From an uncultured Thermoleophilia bacterium (lineage in GTDB: Bacteria; Actinomycetota; Thermoleophilia; Miltoncostaeales; Miltoncostaeaceae): a DNA stretch of 64,000 nt. Position numbers and translations under genes: made by a program. This document shows positions 1 to 10,482 of the stretch, piece by piece. The notes below the pieces were generated by a model. It ran no database searches and had not been told where the DNA came from. It saw only the letters and a list, made by a program, of their open reading frames with translations. Every line of letters starts with the position of its first letter. The stretch's first letter is position 1. The DNA is taken from the NCBI GenBank assembly GCA_963777565.1, contig CAVZQZ010000007.1:55209-119208 (forward strand), written 5' to 3'.

Positions 1-714
1 GGACTGAAGCTCGACGGCGCGACGGTCGCGGATCTTTTCCTCGGCAAGATCACGAAGTGGAACGACCCGGCCATCGCCGCCCTGAACTCGGGGGTGACGC
101 TCCCGGCCACGGACGTCACCGTCTGCCACCGCTCGGACGAGTCGGGCACGACCAAGCTGTTCACCACGTTCCTGAGCGCGTACTCGGCCGAGTGGAAGTC
201 GAAGGTCGGCAGCGACAAGGCCGTCCAGTGGCCCACCGGCACCGGCGCGAAGGGCAACGACGGCGTCGCGGCCTGCGTGAAGCAGAGCAACGGGGCGGTC
301 GGCTTCGTCGAGGAGGCGTACGCGCTGCAGAACGACTTCACTACCGCCGCGCTGAAGAACAAGGCCGGCAACTACGTCACCCCGTCGCTCGAGTCGACCT
401 CGGCCGCCGGGGCGGGCATCACGCTGCCCGCCGACCTGCGGTTCAACACCATCGACGCTCCGGGCGCCGACGCCTACCCGATCGCATCGGCCACGTTCCT
501 GCTGGTCTACCAGGACATGTGCAAGGCCGGCTACAGCGAGTCGACGGCCAACGACGTGAAGATCTGGCTCGACTACGCGCTTGGCGACGGGCAGGCGGTC
601 GCTCCCGATCTGCAGTACGCACCACTTCCGGGCGCCGACGCTGGCCGCGGCGAAAGCCAAGGTCGCGGCCCTGCAGTGCAATGGAACTCCGCTGACGTAG
701 CATTTCGGCTGTGA
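1..714 (+). CDS. pstS: Phosphate ABC transporter substrate-binding protein PstS (5' end cut by the window; last ~25 codons appear frameshifted)
   Basis: Frame 1 is open from nt 1 (GLKLDGATVADLFLGKITKWNDPAI...ATFLLVYQD...LQYAPLP), typical of PstS, and is followed by pstCAB-phoU. From ~nt 630 the +1 frame reads APTLAAAKAKVAALQCNGTPLT*, with its stop at 698-700, which looks like the native tail. Confidence 0.85.
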   Translation, partial: GLKLDGATVADLFLGKITKWNDPAIAALNSGVTLPATDVTVCHRSDESGTTKLFTTFLSAYSAEWKSKVGSDKAVQWPTGTGAKGNDGVAACVKQSNGAVGFVEEAYALQNDFTTAALKNKAGNYVTPSLESTSAAGAGITLPADLRFNTIDAPGADAYPIASATFLLVYQDMCKAGYSESTANDVKIWLDYALGDGQAVAPDLQYAPLPGADAGRGESQGRGPAVQWNSADVAFRL

Positions 715-1730
715 CGACCGATACCGTGAAGCGCGGCAGGGGGGCCCGCCTGGCACTCGGGCGTGTCGCCCCGTCGCGCCTTCCGGATCGGCTCCTGAAG
801 TGGGTCCTCGCCGGACTCGCCGGGCTCATCCTGGCCATCATCGCCTTCTTCTTCGTGCGCCTCTACGTCGAGGCGCACCCGGCGTTCGCCAAATTCGGCC
901 ACCTCGGGTTCATCTTCGACAACGAGTGGAACGTCTCGGCCGGCCGGTTCGGCGCATGGCCGCTCATCGTCGGGACGCTGATCACCTCGGGCGTGGCCCT
1001 CCTCATCGGCATCCCGGTTGCGGTCGCAACGGCCGTGTTCCTCACCGAGCTCTGCCCACGCAAGATGCGGGAGATGCTCTCGACGCTCGTCGAGCTCCTC
1101 GCCGCCGTTCCGTCGGTCGTCTACGGCTTGTGGGGCATCTACTTCCTGATCCCGAAGCTGCGGCCGGCGGAGCAATGGTTCTCCGACACGTTCGCATTCC
1201 TCCCGTTCGTCGGAGGGAACGTCGCCGGCCCCAACTACTTCATCGGCGGGTTGATCCTGGCGATCATGATCATCCCCATCGTCTCCTCGATCTCCCGCGA
1301 GGTGATGGCGACCGTCCCGGCCGAGAACAAGGAGGCGGCGCTCGCCCTCGGCGCGACCCGCTGGGAGATGATCCGCATGGCCGTCCTTCCCTACTCCCGC
1401 GCGGGCATCGCGGGGGCTGCGATGCTGGGGCTCGGCCGGGCGATCGGCGAGACCATCGCCGTCACGCTCGTGATCGGCAACTCGCCGAACATCGGCAACG
1501 CGCTCTTCGACCAGGGGTACACGCTCGCAGCGGTGGTGGCGAACGAGTTCGGCGAGGCAGCGTCGGATCCGGTCCACCGGGCGGCGCTGATCGCCGCCGG
1601 GCTCGTGCTGTTCGTGCTGACCCTCCTCGTCAACCTCATCGCGCGCTTCTACGTCGTGCGGGCGGAGCGGGGACAGCGCATCGGAGGGGGCGAGCGCGGC
1701 CTCGAAGAGGCGCTCGACAAGGCGATATGA
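711..1730 (+). CDS. pstC: Phosphate ABC transporter permease PstC
   Basis: 339-aa polytopic ORF. Carries the [14 protein letters not shown] permease motif, sits in the pstS-C-A-B order, and its GTG start overlaps the pstS frame-1 stop. Confidence 0.9.
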   Translation: MTTDTVKRGRGARLALGRVAPSRLPDRLLKWVLAGLAGLILAIIAFFFVRLYVEAHPAFAKFGHLGFIFDNEWNVSAGRFGAWPLIVGTLITSGVALLIGIPVAVATAVFLTELCPRKMREMLSTLVELLAAVPSVVYGLWGIYFLIPKLRPAEQWFSDTFAFLPFVGGNVAGPNYFIGGLILAIMIIPIVSSISREVMATVPAENKEAALALGATRWEMIRMAVLPYSRAGIAGAAMLGLGRAIGETIAVTLVIGNSPNIGNALFDQGYTLAAVVANEFGEAASDPVHRAALIAAGLVLFVLTLLVNLIARFYVVRAERGQRIGGGERGLEEALDKAI

Positions 1731-2593
1731 GCGAGCTCCAGCCGATCAGCGCCCGCAGGCGCCGCACGGACACCGCGATGCGCGGGCTCATGGCGGTGGG
1801 GACGCTCCTCGCCCTCGTTCCCCTCGGGCTCATTCTGTTCTATCTCATGAGGCGCGGGCTCGGCGCATGGAGCTGGCACTTCTTCACTAGCGACCCCACA
1901 GGGCGCTTCATCGGCGATCCCGGCGGCATCAAGAGCGCGCTCATCGGGACGATCCTCATCGTCGCCTTGGCGGCGCTCATCGCGATACCGATCGGCATCG
2001 GGGTCGCCGTGTACCTCGTCGAGTACGGCAAGCAAAGCAAGTTCGCCAACATCGTCCGCTACTTCGTCGACGTGATGACGGGCGTCCCGTCGATCGTGTT
2101 CGGCCTCTTCATCTACATCGTCCTCATCCTGTCGGGCTCGTTCGGCGGCTTCGCCGCGTGGAAGGGCTCGGTGGCTCTGGCCCTCTTGATGCTCCCCGTA
2201 GTCACCCGGTCGGCCGAAGTCGTGCTGAACCTCGTGCCGAACGGCTTGAAGGAGGCCGGCCTCGCGCTGGGGGCCCCGCGGTGGAGGGTCCTCTTCCGGG
2301 TCATTCTCCCGACCGCCGTCCCCGGTCTCGTCACGGGCTCGCTGCTCGCGGTGGCGCGCGCGGCCGGCGAGACCGCGCCGCTGCTGTTCACCGCGTTCGC
2401 CATCAACGCGACGACCTTCAACCTTGGCGAGCAGATGAACTCGCTGCCCATCCAGATCTTCAGCGACGTGCGCCAGGCGCAGGACCGCATCGTCGAGCGT
2501 GCGTGGGGCGCTGCGCTCGCGCTCGTTGTGCTTATCCTTCTCATGACGCTCGCCGCACGCCTCATCTCGCGCAGGAGCCGAATACAGTCATGA
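1727..2593 (+). CDS. pstA: Phosphate ABC transporter permease PstA
   Basis: This is the 3' part of ORF 800..2593, starting [15 protein letters not shown]... The ATGA overlaps the pstC stop. Motif: [20 protein letters not shown]. Confidence 0.9.
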   Translation: MSELQPISARRRRTDTAMRGLMAVGTLLALVPLGLILFYLMRRGLGAWSWHFFTSDPTGRFIGDPGGIKSALIGTILIVALAALIAIPIGIGVAVYLVEYGKQSKFANIVRYFVDVMTGVPSIVFGLFIYIVLILSGSFGGFAAWKGSVALALLMLPVVTRSAEVVLNLVPNGLKEAGLALGAPRWRVLFRVILPTAVPGLVTGSLLAVARAAGETAPLLFTAFAINATTFNLGEQMNSLPIQIFSDVRQAQDRIVERAWGAALALVVLILLMTLAARLISRRSRIQS

Positions 2594-3492
2594 GTACCCG
2601 TCCATCGAATGCACAGGAGCCCGTCGACGTGACCGTACCGGTGCCGACCCCCGACCCGCGGGCCGAGCAACCCCCGGCCCCGGCGGGACCCGAGCCTGAG
2701 GCGACCGCGGTAGAGGCCGCCGCCGTCACCGCGGGCGCCGGGCGGTCCGTCGAGCTGCGGGACCTTCACGCCTACTACGGCAAGCAGCACGCGGTGCGCG
2801 GCGTCGACCTGACGTTCGCGCCGAACAAGGTCACGGCGATCATCGGTCCGTCCGGCTGCGGCAAGTCGACCCTGGTCCGGTGCATCAACCGGATGCACGA
2901 GGAGATCAAGGGGGCGTACGCGACGGGCCAAGTCCTGCTCGACGGCCAGGACGTCTACGCGCCCGAACTCGACGTCGTGTCCGTCCGGCGCGCGATCGGC
3001 ATGGTCTTCCAGAAGCCGAACCCCTTCCCGACGATGTCGATCTTCGACAACGTCGCCGCCGGGCTGCGGCTCACCGGAACGAAAGGAGTGGACCTTAAGG
3101 AGCGGGTCGAGCGCTCGCTGGAGGGCGCGGGCCTGTGGGACGAGGTCAAGGACCGCCTCGGCTCGCCCGGCGCCGGGCTGTCCGGCGGCCAGCAGCAGCG
3201 CCTGTGCATCGCCCGGACGATCGCGGTGGAGCCGGACGTGATCCTGATGGACGAGCCGTGCTCGGCTCTCGACCCGATCGCTACGCTGCGGATTGAAGAG
3301 CTCATCGACGAGCTCAAGACCCGCTATACGATCGTGATCGTCACCCACAACATGCAGCAGGCGGGACGGGTCGCCGACATCACGGCGTTCATGCTCACGG
3401 GCGAAGTGGTGGAGGTCGGGCCGACCGCCCACATCTTCACCAACCCCGACGACGAACGCACCGAGCAGTACGTCAGCGGCAAGTTCGGCTAG
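2590..3492 (+). CDS. pstB: Phosphate import ATP-binding protein PstB
   Basis: This is the 3' part of ORF 2158..3492, starting MSTRPSNAQ, with an ATGA overlap on pstA. Walker A is GPSGCGKST, the signature is [13 protein letters not shown], and the C-terminus YVSGKFG is typical of PstB. Confidence 0.9.
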   Translation: MSTRPSNAQEPVDVTVPVPTPDPRAEQPPAPAGPEPEATAVEAAAVTAGAGRSVELRDLHAYYGKQHAVRGVDLTFAPNKVTAIIGPSGCGKSTLVRCINRMHEEIKGAYATGQVLLDGQDVYAPELDVVSVRRAIGMVFQKPNPFPTMSIFDNVAAGLRLTGTKGVDLKERVERSLEGAGLWDEVKDRLGSPGAGLSGGQQQRLCIARTIAVEPDVILMDEPCSALDPIATLRIEELIDELKTRYTIVIVTHNMQQAGRVADITAFMLTGEVVEVGPTAHIFTNPDDERTEQYVSGKFG

Positions 3493-3506
3493 GCACCGGA
3501 CGAACG

Positions 3507-4196
3507 ATGGAGACCGACGCCCGGCATCGATTCCGCGACGAGCTCGTCGGTCTCGAGGCGGCCACGCTGGAGGGCCTCGACATGGTCGAGGAGGCGCTGG
3601 CGCGGGCGACCGAGGCGCTCGACCGGCAGGACATCCGCCTCGCGGAGCTGGTCATCGCCGACGACGACCGCATCGACGGCCGCTACCTCGAGGTGCACCA
3701 GGGCGTGCTGAGCCTGCTGGCGCGGGAGGCTCCCGTCGCGACCGACCTTCGGATCGTCGCCGCGCTGCTGCACGTCATCCGCCACATCGAGCGCATGGGC
3801 GACCAGTGCGTGAACATCTGCAAGCTCATCCCGCTCACGGGCCACGACCCGCCGGTCCGGGATGAGATCCTCGAGCGGGTCGACGAGATGAGCCGGCGCG
3901 CCCGGATTCAGATCCTCGACGCGAAGCGCAGCTTCGCGACGCGTGACGTGGACCTCGCCGAGGAGCTCGCTCGCAGCGACACGGAGATCAACCGCCTCAA
4001 CCGGGAGATCTTCAACCTCGTCCTCGAGGTCGGTGCCGACTTCGACACGCGGGAGTGGGCGACGCTCATGATGCTGGTCGCCAGGAGCATCGAACGCATC
4101 GGTGACAACGCCGTCGACATCGGCGAACAGGTCGCGTTCGTCGTGACCGGGCTCTTCCGGGAGTTCTCCGACGCATCGCACCCTGCCGGCGGCTGA
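3507..4196 (+). CDS. phoU: Phosphate signalling regulator PhoU
   Basis: 229 aa with two PhoU repeats (RIVAALLHVIRHIERMGDQCVNI and LMMLVARSIERIGDNAVDI), located immediately after pstB. Confidence 0.9.
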   Translation: METDARHRFRDELVGLEAATLEGLDMVEEALARATEALDRQDIRLAELVIADDDRIDGRYLEVHQGVLSLLAREAPVATDLRIVAALLHVIRHIERMGDQCVNICKLIPLTGHDPPVRDEILERVDEMSRRARIQILDAKRSFATRDVDLAEELARSDTEINRLNREIFNLVLEVGADFDTREWATLMMLVARSIERIGDNAVDIGEQVAFVVTGLFREFSDASHPAGG

Positions 4197-4214
4197 CGGC
4201 CGGCCGCCTGACGG

Positions 4215-5975
4215 CTACGCGACGACCGCGATGCGCTGACTGGCCTGAACCGCATCGCCGGCGGCGACCCCGAGCTCCTTCACCGTCCCGCCCTGATGGG
4301 CGGCGACCTCGTTCTCCATCTTCATCGCCTCGACGATGCAGATCACGTCCCCCGCGGCGACCTCCTGGCCGACCTCGACGAGAACCTTGAGCACGGTGCC
4401 CTGCATCGGGCTGATGATCGTGTCGCCGGACGCGCCCGCTCCGTGATGCCCGCCACCCGCATGGGCCTTGCGCTCCCGCTTGCGCTTCGGCGCGCCGCCT
4501 CCGACCGCGCCGTCGAGGAACAGGCGCACCTCGAAGCGCTTGCCGTCGACCTCCGCGGTGACCCGCCGCTCGGTGCGCTCCTCGGGCTCCCCGGCCGCCG
4601 GCGCGCCGGCGCCGCCGGCGGTCGGCAGCGGCGTGGCGGTGTCTGACATCGCCGCAAGCTGCGCGTGGCAGGCACCTCCGGCGATGAACTCATCCTGGCT
4701 CAGGAGCCACTTGTGGAAGGGGATGAGGGTCTTGGGACCCTCGACCACGTACTCGTCGAGCGCGCGGAGCATGCGTTTGCGTGCGGACTCGCGGTCGACG
4801 TCCCAGACGATGAGCTTCGCGACCATCGGGTCGTAGATGGCTGGGATCTCCGACCCTGCCTGCACGCCTGAGTCGACGCGGATCCCGGGACCGGCTGGCT
4901 CGCGGTAGCCGGTGATGCGACCGGGGGTCGGAAGGAACCGATGGGAGGCGTCCTCGGCGTTGATGCGGCACTCGAACGCGTGGCCGCGGGGCTTGACGTC
5001 GCGCTGGCGGATCGACAGCGGCTCCCCTGCGGCGACGCGCACCATCTCGCGGATGAGGTCGATGCCGCAGACCTCCTCGGTGATCGTGTGCTCCACCTGG
5101 ATCCGCGTGTTCATCTCCAGGAAGAAGAACTCGTCGCCCGACACGAGGTACTCGCACGTGCCCGCGGAGCGATAGCCCACGGCCTGCACGGCGCGCACGG
5201 ACGCCTCGCCCATGCGCTTGCGAAGGTCCGGTGACACGACGGGGCTCGGCGTCTCCTCGACGAGCTTCTGGTGGCGGCGCTGCACCGAGCAGTCGCGCTC
5301 GCCCAGGTAGATCGCGTTGCCGTGCGCGTCGGCGAGGATCTGGATCTCGACGTGGCGGGGATCCGGCAGGTAGCGCTCCAGGTACACCACCGAGTCGGCG
5401 AAGAACTTCTCCGACTCGCGACGCGCGCCCTCGAACGCGTCCTTGAGCCCGCCGGGCTCCAGCGCGACGCGAAAGCCCTTGCCGCCACCACCCGCCGCGG
5501 CCTTGACCGCGACCGGGTATCCGATCTGCTTTGCGATCGCCCGGGCCTTGGCCAGGGTCGGAACCTCCTCGCGCACCCCCGGAACGATCGGCACGCCCGC
5601 CTCGTGCATCAGCGCCCGCGCGCCGATCTTGGACCCCATCGCGTCGATCGCCTCGGGTGGGGGACCGATGAACACGATGCCGGCCTCGGCGCAGGCGCGG
5701 GCGAACGTCGCGTTCTCCGCGAGGAAGCCGTAGCCGGGGTGGATCGCCTCGGCGCCCGCCCGCAATGCCGTCTCGAGGATCGCCTCGATCTTGAGATACG
5801 ACTCGGTGGCCGGACCGGGACCGATCAGGAACGCCTCGTCGGCGTGGCTCACGAACAGCGCGTCGCGGTCGACCTCGCTGTAGACCGCCACCGACGCGAT
5901 CCCCATCTCGCGCAGCGTCCGGAACACCCGGATCGCGATCTCCCCACGGTTCGCCACCAGGACCTTACGAAACAT
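4215..5975 (-). CDS. pccA: Biotin-dependent acyl-CoA (propionyl-CoA) carboxylase alpha subunit (biotin carboxylase + BCCP)
   Basis: Starts [26 protein letters not shown], has an ATP-grasp body, and carries the C-terminal biotinylation motif CIVEAMKMENEV. The start was chosen at the conserved N-terminus inside ORF 4215..6149. The symbol is assigned from operon context (mutase + carboxyltransferase). Confidence 0.88.
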   Translation of the reverse strand: MFRKVLVANRGEIAIRVFRTLREMGIASVAVYSEVDRDALFVSHADEAFLIGPGPATESYLKIEAILETALRAGAEAIHPGYGFLAENATFARACAEAGIVFIGPPPEAIDAMGSKIGARALMHEAGVPIVPGVREEVPTLAKARAIAKQIGYPVAVKAAAGGGGKGFRVALEPGGLKDAFEGARRESEKFFADSVVYLERYLPDPRHVEIQILADAHGNAIYLGERDCSVQRRHQKLVEETPSPVVSPDLRKRMGEASVRAVQAVGYRSAGTCEYLVSGDEFFFLEMNTRIQVEHTITEEVCGIDLIREMVRVAAGEPLSIRQRDVKPRGHAFECRINAEDASHRFLPTPGRITGYREPAGPGIRVDSGVQAGSEIPAIYDPMVAKLIVWDVDRESARKRMLRALDEYVVEGPKTLIPFHKWLLSQDEFIAGGACHAQLAAMSDTATPLPTAGGAGAPAAGEPEERTERRVTAEVDGKRFEVRLFLDGAVGGGAPKRKRERKAHAGGGHHGAGASGDTIISPMQGTVLKVLVEVGQEVAAGDVICIVEAMKMENEVAAHQGGTVKELGVAAGDAVQASQRIAVVA

Positions 5976-6234
5976 CCGCTCCCCGTATCCCTTCGTCGAT
6001 TGCCGCGCGGCGCCACCCCGAGCGGTAGGCCCACGGCAGGTCGGGCTCGCGATGAGCACCCTCGGCCTCCAGGAGCACCTCCACCGCTGCAATGACGGCA
6101 GCGGCCTCCTCGCCGGTCGGGCTTCCATACGCCGCCTCGAACACGGCACTTGGGCGGCCTATGAATCGCCCTTCGGTCGATTCAAACGTTCTCGACGGCT
6201 GGATTCCGGCGACGACTTCGGCCGAAACGGTCAC
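5965..6234 (-). CDS. Small protein, possibly an acyl-CoA carboxylase epsilon subunit
   Basis: An 89-codon reading with a GTG start in a GTGA overlap with the pccB stop; it overlaps the alpha-subunit start by 11 nt. It contains [19 protein letters not shown], resembling the PT-x-EE-x-AA motif of AccE-type subunits. Assignment rests on position and motif only. Confidence 0.45.
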   Translation of the reverse strand: MTVSAEVVAGIQPSRTFESTEGRFIGRPSAVFEAAYGSPTGEEAAAVIAAVEVLLEAEGAHREPDLPWAYRSGWRRAAIDEGIRGADVS

Positions 6235-7793
6235 AGCGGGATGTTCCCGTGCTTGCGCTTCGGCCCCGGCTCGCGCTTGGTGAGCGACAGCTCGAGCGCC
6301 TTGATGAGCCACGGGCGGGTCTCCTCCGGCTCGATCACGTCGTCGACGTAGCCGCGCTCGGCCGCGATGTACGGGTTGGCGAACCGCTCCGTGTACTCGC
6401 CCACGAGCTCGGCCCTGCGCGTCGCGACGTCCCCGCCGTTCTTCGCGGCCGCCTCGAGCTCCTTGCGGAAGACGATGTTCACGGCGCCCTCCGGGCCCAT
6501 CACCGCGATCTCAGCAGTCGGCCAGGCGGCGTTGAAGTCCGCGCCGATGTGCTTGCTGCTCATGACGTCGTACGCGCCGCCGTACGCCTTGCGCGTGATG
6601 ACGGTGAGCTTCGGCACCGTCGCCTCGGCGTACGCGTAGAGCAGCTTCGCGCCGTGGAGGATGATGCCGCCGTACTCCTGCGACGTGCCGGGCAGGAACC
6701 CGGGGACGTCGACGAACGAGACGAGCGGAACGTTGAACGCGTCGCAGAAGCGGACGAAGCGCGCGCCCTTCGTGGAGGCGGCGATGTCGAGCACGCCGGC
6801 CAACGCCTTCGGCTGGTTGCCGATCACCCCGATCGAGTGGCCGTTCAGCCGGGCGAAGCCGACCACGATGTTCTGGGCATAGAGGGGCGCCACCTCGAAG
6901 AAGTGCCCGTCGTCGACGACGGCGCGGACGACGTCCACAATGTCGTACGGCTTCGTCGGGAGGTCCGGAACGATCGACTTGAGCGCGTCGTCCTGCCGGT
7001 CCGGAACGTCGTCTGGCTCCTCGTAGGGCGGCATCTCGAGGTTGTTCTGCGGGATGAACGAGAGGAGCTCGCGCACCATCTCGAGGCACTCCTCCTCGCT
7101 CTCCGACGCGAAGTGGGCGACGCCCGAGCGCGTGGCGTGCGACAGGGCGCCACCGAGCTCCTCCATCGTCACCTCCTCGCCGGTCACCGTCTTGATGACC
7201 TCCGGGCCCGTGATGAACATGTGGCTCGTGCCCTTGACCATGAAGATGAAGTCGGTGATCGCCGGGCTATAGACGGCGCCGCCGGCGCAGGGGCCCATCA
7301 CCACGCTGATCTGCGGCACCACGCCGCTGGCCCGGACGTTGCGGAAGAAGATGTCGGCATAGCCGCCGAGGCTGACCACCCCCTCCTGGATGCGCGCGCC
7401 GCCGGAGTCGTTGATGCCGATCACCGGGCACCCCATCTTCACGCCGAGATCCATGACCTTGCAGATCTTCTCGGCGAACACCTCGCCCAGGCTGCCGCCG
7501 AACACGGTGAAGTCCTGGCTGAAGACGCATACCTTGCGACCGTCGATCGTGCCGTGGCCGGTCACCACCCCGTCACCCCACGGGCGGTTGTCCTCGAGCC
7601 CGAAGCCGTGGGCCCGGTGGCGCGTGAACATGTCGAGCTCCACGAACGAGCCCGGGTCGAGCAGCAGGTCGATGCGCTCGCGGGCGGTGAGCTTGCCCCG
7701 CGCGTGCTGGCGCTCGACGGCCGCCTCGGTGCCGGCGTGGATCGCCTCGCCGCGGAGATCCTGCAGCCGCTGGCGCTTGTCCTCGATGCTCAT
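6231..7793 (-). CDS. pccB: Propionyl-CoA carboxylase beta subunit (carboxyltransferase)
   Basis: 521 aa, starting [51 protein letters not shown] typical AccD5/PccB-type carboxyltransferase. Its ATGA overlaps the upstream mutase stop. Confidence 0.9.
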   Translation of the reverse strand: MSIEDKRQRLQDLRGEAIHAGTEAAVERQHARGKLTARERIDLLLDPGSFVELDMFTRHRAHGFGLEDNRPWGDGVVTGHGTIDGRKVCVFSQDFTVFGGSLGEVFAEKICKVMDLGVKMGCPVIGINDSGGARIQEGVVSLGGYADIFFRNVRASGVVPQISVVMGPCAGGAVYSPAITDFIFMVKGTSHMFITGPEVIKTVTGEEVTMEELGGALSHATRSGVAHFASESEEECLEMVRELLSFIPQNNLEMPPYEEPDDVPDRQDDALKSIVPDLPTKPYDIVDVVRAVVDDGHFFEVAPLYAQNIVVGFARLNGHSIGVIGNQPKALAGVLDIAASTKGARFVRFCDAFNVPLVSFVDVPGFLPGTSQEYGGIILHGAKLLYAYAEATVPKLTVITRKAYGGAYDVMSSKHIGADFNAAWPTAEIAVMGPEGAVNIVFRKELEAAAKNGGDVATRRAELVGEYTERFANPYIAAERGYVDDVIEPEETRPWLIKALELSLTKREPGPKRKHGNIPL

Positions 7794-9388
7794 GAGGCGG
7801 CGGCCTCCGGCCGCCCGGGCTGGGTGGGACGAGTCCTCCGGTCGTGCTCGCCCCATTCCTCGCGCAGCACGTTGCAGACCTCGCCGACCGTGGCGCGGGC
7901 CCTGAGCGCGTCGCGCATGGGGTAGAGGAGGTTGTCGGAGCCGCGAGCGGCGGCACGCACGGCGTCGAGACCCCGCGCGACGTCGCCGGCGTCGCGCCGG
8001 GCGCGCAGCTCGGCGAGGCGGGCGACCTGGGCCCGTTCGATCTCCGGGTCGATCCTCAGGATCTCGGTGTCGACGTCGTCCTCCTCGGTGTACGTGTTGA
8101 TGCCGACGATCGGGCGCTCGCCCGAAGCCACCTCGAGCTGGTGGCGGTACGCGGAGTCGTGGATCTGCTGTGACATCAGGTCGATGCACTGCACCGCGCC
8201 GCCGCGCCGGTCGATCTCGTCGATCAACGCCGACGCCCGGCGCTCGATCTCCGCCGTGAGCGACTCCACGTACCACGAGCCGCCGAGCGGGTCGACGGTG
8301 TCGGTGATGCCGCTCTCGGCGGCGATCACCTGCTGGGTGCGCAGGGCGAGCTTCGCGGCGCGCTCCGTGGGCAGCGCCAGCGCCTCGTCGAAGCCGTTGG
8401 CGTGGATGGACTGGGCCCCGCCGAGCGCGGCGGACAGCACCTGGGTCGCGACGCGGACGATGTTGTTCTCCGGCTGCTGCGCGGTGAGGGTCGACCCGCC
8501 GGTCTGGGCGTGGAAGCGCAGCATCATCGCCCGGTCATTCGTCGCGCCGAACCGTTCGCGCATGATGCCCGCCCACAGGCGCCGGGCGGCCCTGAACTTG
8601 GCGACCTCCTCGAAGATGTTGTTGTGGGCGTTGAAGAAGAACGACAGCCGGGGACCGAACGTGTCGACCGACAGGCCGGCGTCGATTGCGGCCTGCACAT
8701 AGGCGATGCCGTTGGCGAGGGTGAACGCCACCTCCTGCACCGCCGTCGAGCCGGCCTCGCGGATGTGGTACCCCGAGATCGAGATCGTGTTCCAGTTCGG
8801 CAGCTCCGTGTTGCAGTACGCGAACGTGTCGACGGTGAGGCGCATCGACTGGGCCGGCGGGAAGATGTAGTTGCCGCGAGCGACGTACTCCTTCAGCACG
8901 TCGTTCTGGATGGTGCCGCGCAGCTCCCGGGTGCGGTCGCCCTTCTCCTCGGCGACCAGCTGGTAGAGCAGGAGCAGCACGGAGGCGGGAGCGTTGATGG
9001 TCATGCTCGTCGACACGACGACCGGGTCGATCCCGTCGAACACGCGGGCCATGTCCTCGATTGAGTCGATCGCGACGCCCACCCGGCCGACCTCGCCCAG
9101 TGCCCGGGGATCGTCGGAGTCCATGCCGAGCTGGGTGGGCAGGTCGAACGCCATCGACAGGCCGGGGGCTCCATGGTCGAGCAGGTAGCGGAACCGCTCG
9201 TTGGTCTCCTCGGCCGTCGCGAAGCCGGCGTACTGACGCATCGTCCACGGGCGCTGCCGGTACATCGAGGCGTGCACGCCCCGGGCGAAGGGGTAGTGGC
9301 CGGGCTCCCCGAGCCGCTCCGCCAGATCGAGGTCCGCCACCGACGCGGCGTCGAACACCGGGGCCACGGGGATCCCGGACTCGGTCAT
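7790..9388 (-). CDS. Methylmalonyl-CoA mutase family protein, catalytic (TIM-barrel) subunit without a B12-binding domain
   Basis: Reads MTESGIPV...[63 protein letters not shown], the canonical MCM substrate domain. At ~532 aa it ends before any cobalamin-binding module. Confidence 0.85.
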   Translation of the reverse strand: MTESGIPVAPVFDAASVADLDLAERLGEPGHYPFARGVHASMYRQRPWTMRQYAGFATAEETNERFRYLLDHGAPGLSMAFDLPTQLGMDSDDPRALGEVGRVGVAIDSIEDMARVFDGIDPVVVSTSMTINAPASVLLLLYQLVAEEKGDRTRELRGTIQNDVLKEYVARGNYIFPPAQSMRLTVDTFAYCNTELPNWNTISISGYHIREAGSTAVQEVAFTLANGIAYVQAAIDAGLSVDTFGPRLSFFFNAHNNIFEEVAKFRAARRLWAGIMRERFGATNDRAMMLRFHAQTGGSTLTAQQPENNIVRVATQVLSAALGGAQSIHANGFDEALALPTERAAKLALRTQQVIAAESGITDTVDPLGGSWYVESLTAEIERRASALIDEIDRRGGAVQCIDLMSQQIHDSAYRHQLEVASGERPIVGINTYTEEDDVDTEILRIDPEIERAQVARLAELRARRDAGDVARGLDAVRAAARGSDNLLYPMRDALRARATVGEVCNVLREEWGEHDRRTRPTQPGRPEAAAS

Positions 9389-9573
9389 GCGTTCGCTGTC
9401 GGCGCTTCGGTCCGCCAACCGTCCCCCCAAGGTGCCTGGTCGTCAACCCCGGTCCCCGACTCGCCGGGAGGCGCGACGCTACCACAGCAACCGTCCCGAC
9501 AGGGCGCTCCGGCCCGCTGAAGTGTCGACAATCCGACTTGAATTCGGGCAGACGGCGCTTCAGGATCGGGTTC

Positions 9574-10269
9574 ATGAGCGAAACTGTCGACAGTCCGGCG
9601 CCCGCCGGCGTCTCCGCCGACACCGCGTCGACGCTCGCGGCGTGCCTCACCGAGCGCCTGGTGGAGGCGATCGTGTCGGGCGAGCTGACCTCCGGCGAGA
9701 AGCTCAGCGAGCCCGAGCTCGCGCAGCGGTTCGGCACGAGCCGGGGGCCGCTCCGGGAGGCGCTCCAGCGGCTCGAGGGCATGCGGCTGGTCGAGCGCCG
9801 ACCCCACCAGGGAGCCCGGGTCGCCGTGGTGGGGCGGCGCGAGCTCGCCGACCTCTACGCGGTGCGCGAGGCGCTCGAGGGCATGGCGTGCCGGCTGGCG
9901 GCGGAGGTGATGAGCGACGACGAGATCGCCTCGCTGCGGCAGCTCCTCGTCGATCACGAGCGGCTCCCGGAGGTGCAGGCCGACCGCAGCTACTTCCAGG
10001 AGGAGGGCTACCTCGACTTCCACTTCCGCGTCGTCCAGGCGAGCCGCAACGACGAGCTCATCGCGTTCCTCGCGGGCCAGCTCTACCACCGGGTCCGGCT
10101 CTACCGGTACCGCTCCAGCCACGTGAGCCGCCGCCCGCAGCGGGCCCTCAAGGAGCACCACCAGATCCTCGACGCGATCGAGGCCCGGGACGGTGAGCTC
10201 GCCGAGATCCTCATGCGCCGCCACATCCACGCGGCGCGGTCGAGCATCGAGGAGCAGCTCCCGACGTGA
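9574..10269 (+). CDS. GntR family (FadR/FCD-type) transcriptional regulator
   Basis: Winged HTH (KLSEPELAQRFGTSRGPLREALQRLEGMRLVERRPHQGARV) followed by an FCD-like helical domain. Divergent from the mutase/carboxylase operon. Confidence 0.85.
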   Translation: MSETVDSPAPAGVSADTASTLAACLTERLVEAIVSGELTSGEKLSEPELAQRFGTSRGPLREALQRLEGMRLVERRPHQGARVAVVGRRELADLYAVREALEGMACRLAAEVMSDDEIASLRQLLVDHERLPEVQADRSYFQEEGYLDFHFRVVQASRNDELIAFLAGQLYHRVRLYRYRSSHVSRRPQRALKEHHQILDAIEARDGELAEILMRRHIHAARSSIEEQLPT

Positions 10270-10317
10270 CCCCCGCCCCGCACTCACGTCGAGCGCCCCG
10301 CGTGCCGATGGAGTGGC

Positions 10318-10482
10318 ATGCGCGGGGTGATGATGATCGCGGTGCTGGTCGGCTCCACCCTCGGAGGGCTCGTGCCGAGCCTCTGGGGAGGGGGCATGCT
10401 CTCGGTCGCCGGCGTCGTCTTCTCGATCCTCGGCGGCGTCGCGGGCATCTGGGCCGGCGCCCGCATCGGCGCGAGCCTCTAG
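10318..10482 (+). CDS. Small hydrophobic protein (54 aa), absent from the ORF track because it is under 60 aa
   Basis: Translates as MRGVMMIAVLVGSTLGGLVPSLWGGGMLSVAGVVFSILGGVAGIWAGARIGASL*. Two predicted TM helices and very high third-position GC. Confidence 0.4.
   Translation: MRGVMMIAVLVGSTLGGLVPSLWGGGMLSVAGVVFSILGGVAGIWAGARIGASL

Noticed and set aside
800-2593. Very long ORFs in the track that seem to span two or more genes (800..2593, 2158..3492, 12002..15238, 31239..33866, 20404..21819, 45556..47463, 49734..51611)
   Set aside because: Only the 3' portion of each is real (pstA, pstB, the xdhC-YHS fusion, pstB2, the GCS2 ligase, the S8 peptidase, the YihY protein). The 5' portions are Arg/Pro/Gly-rich out-of-frame readings of the upstream gene, which stay open in 70%-GC DNA.
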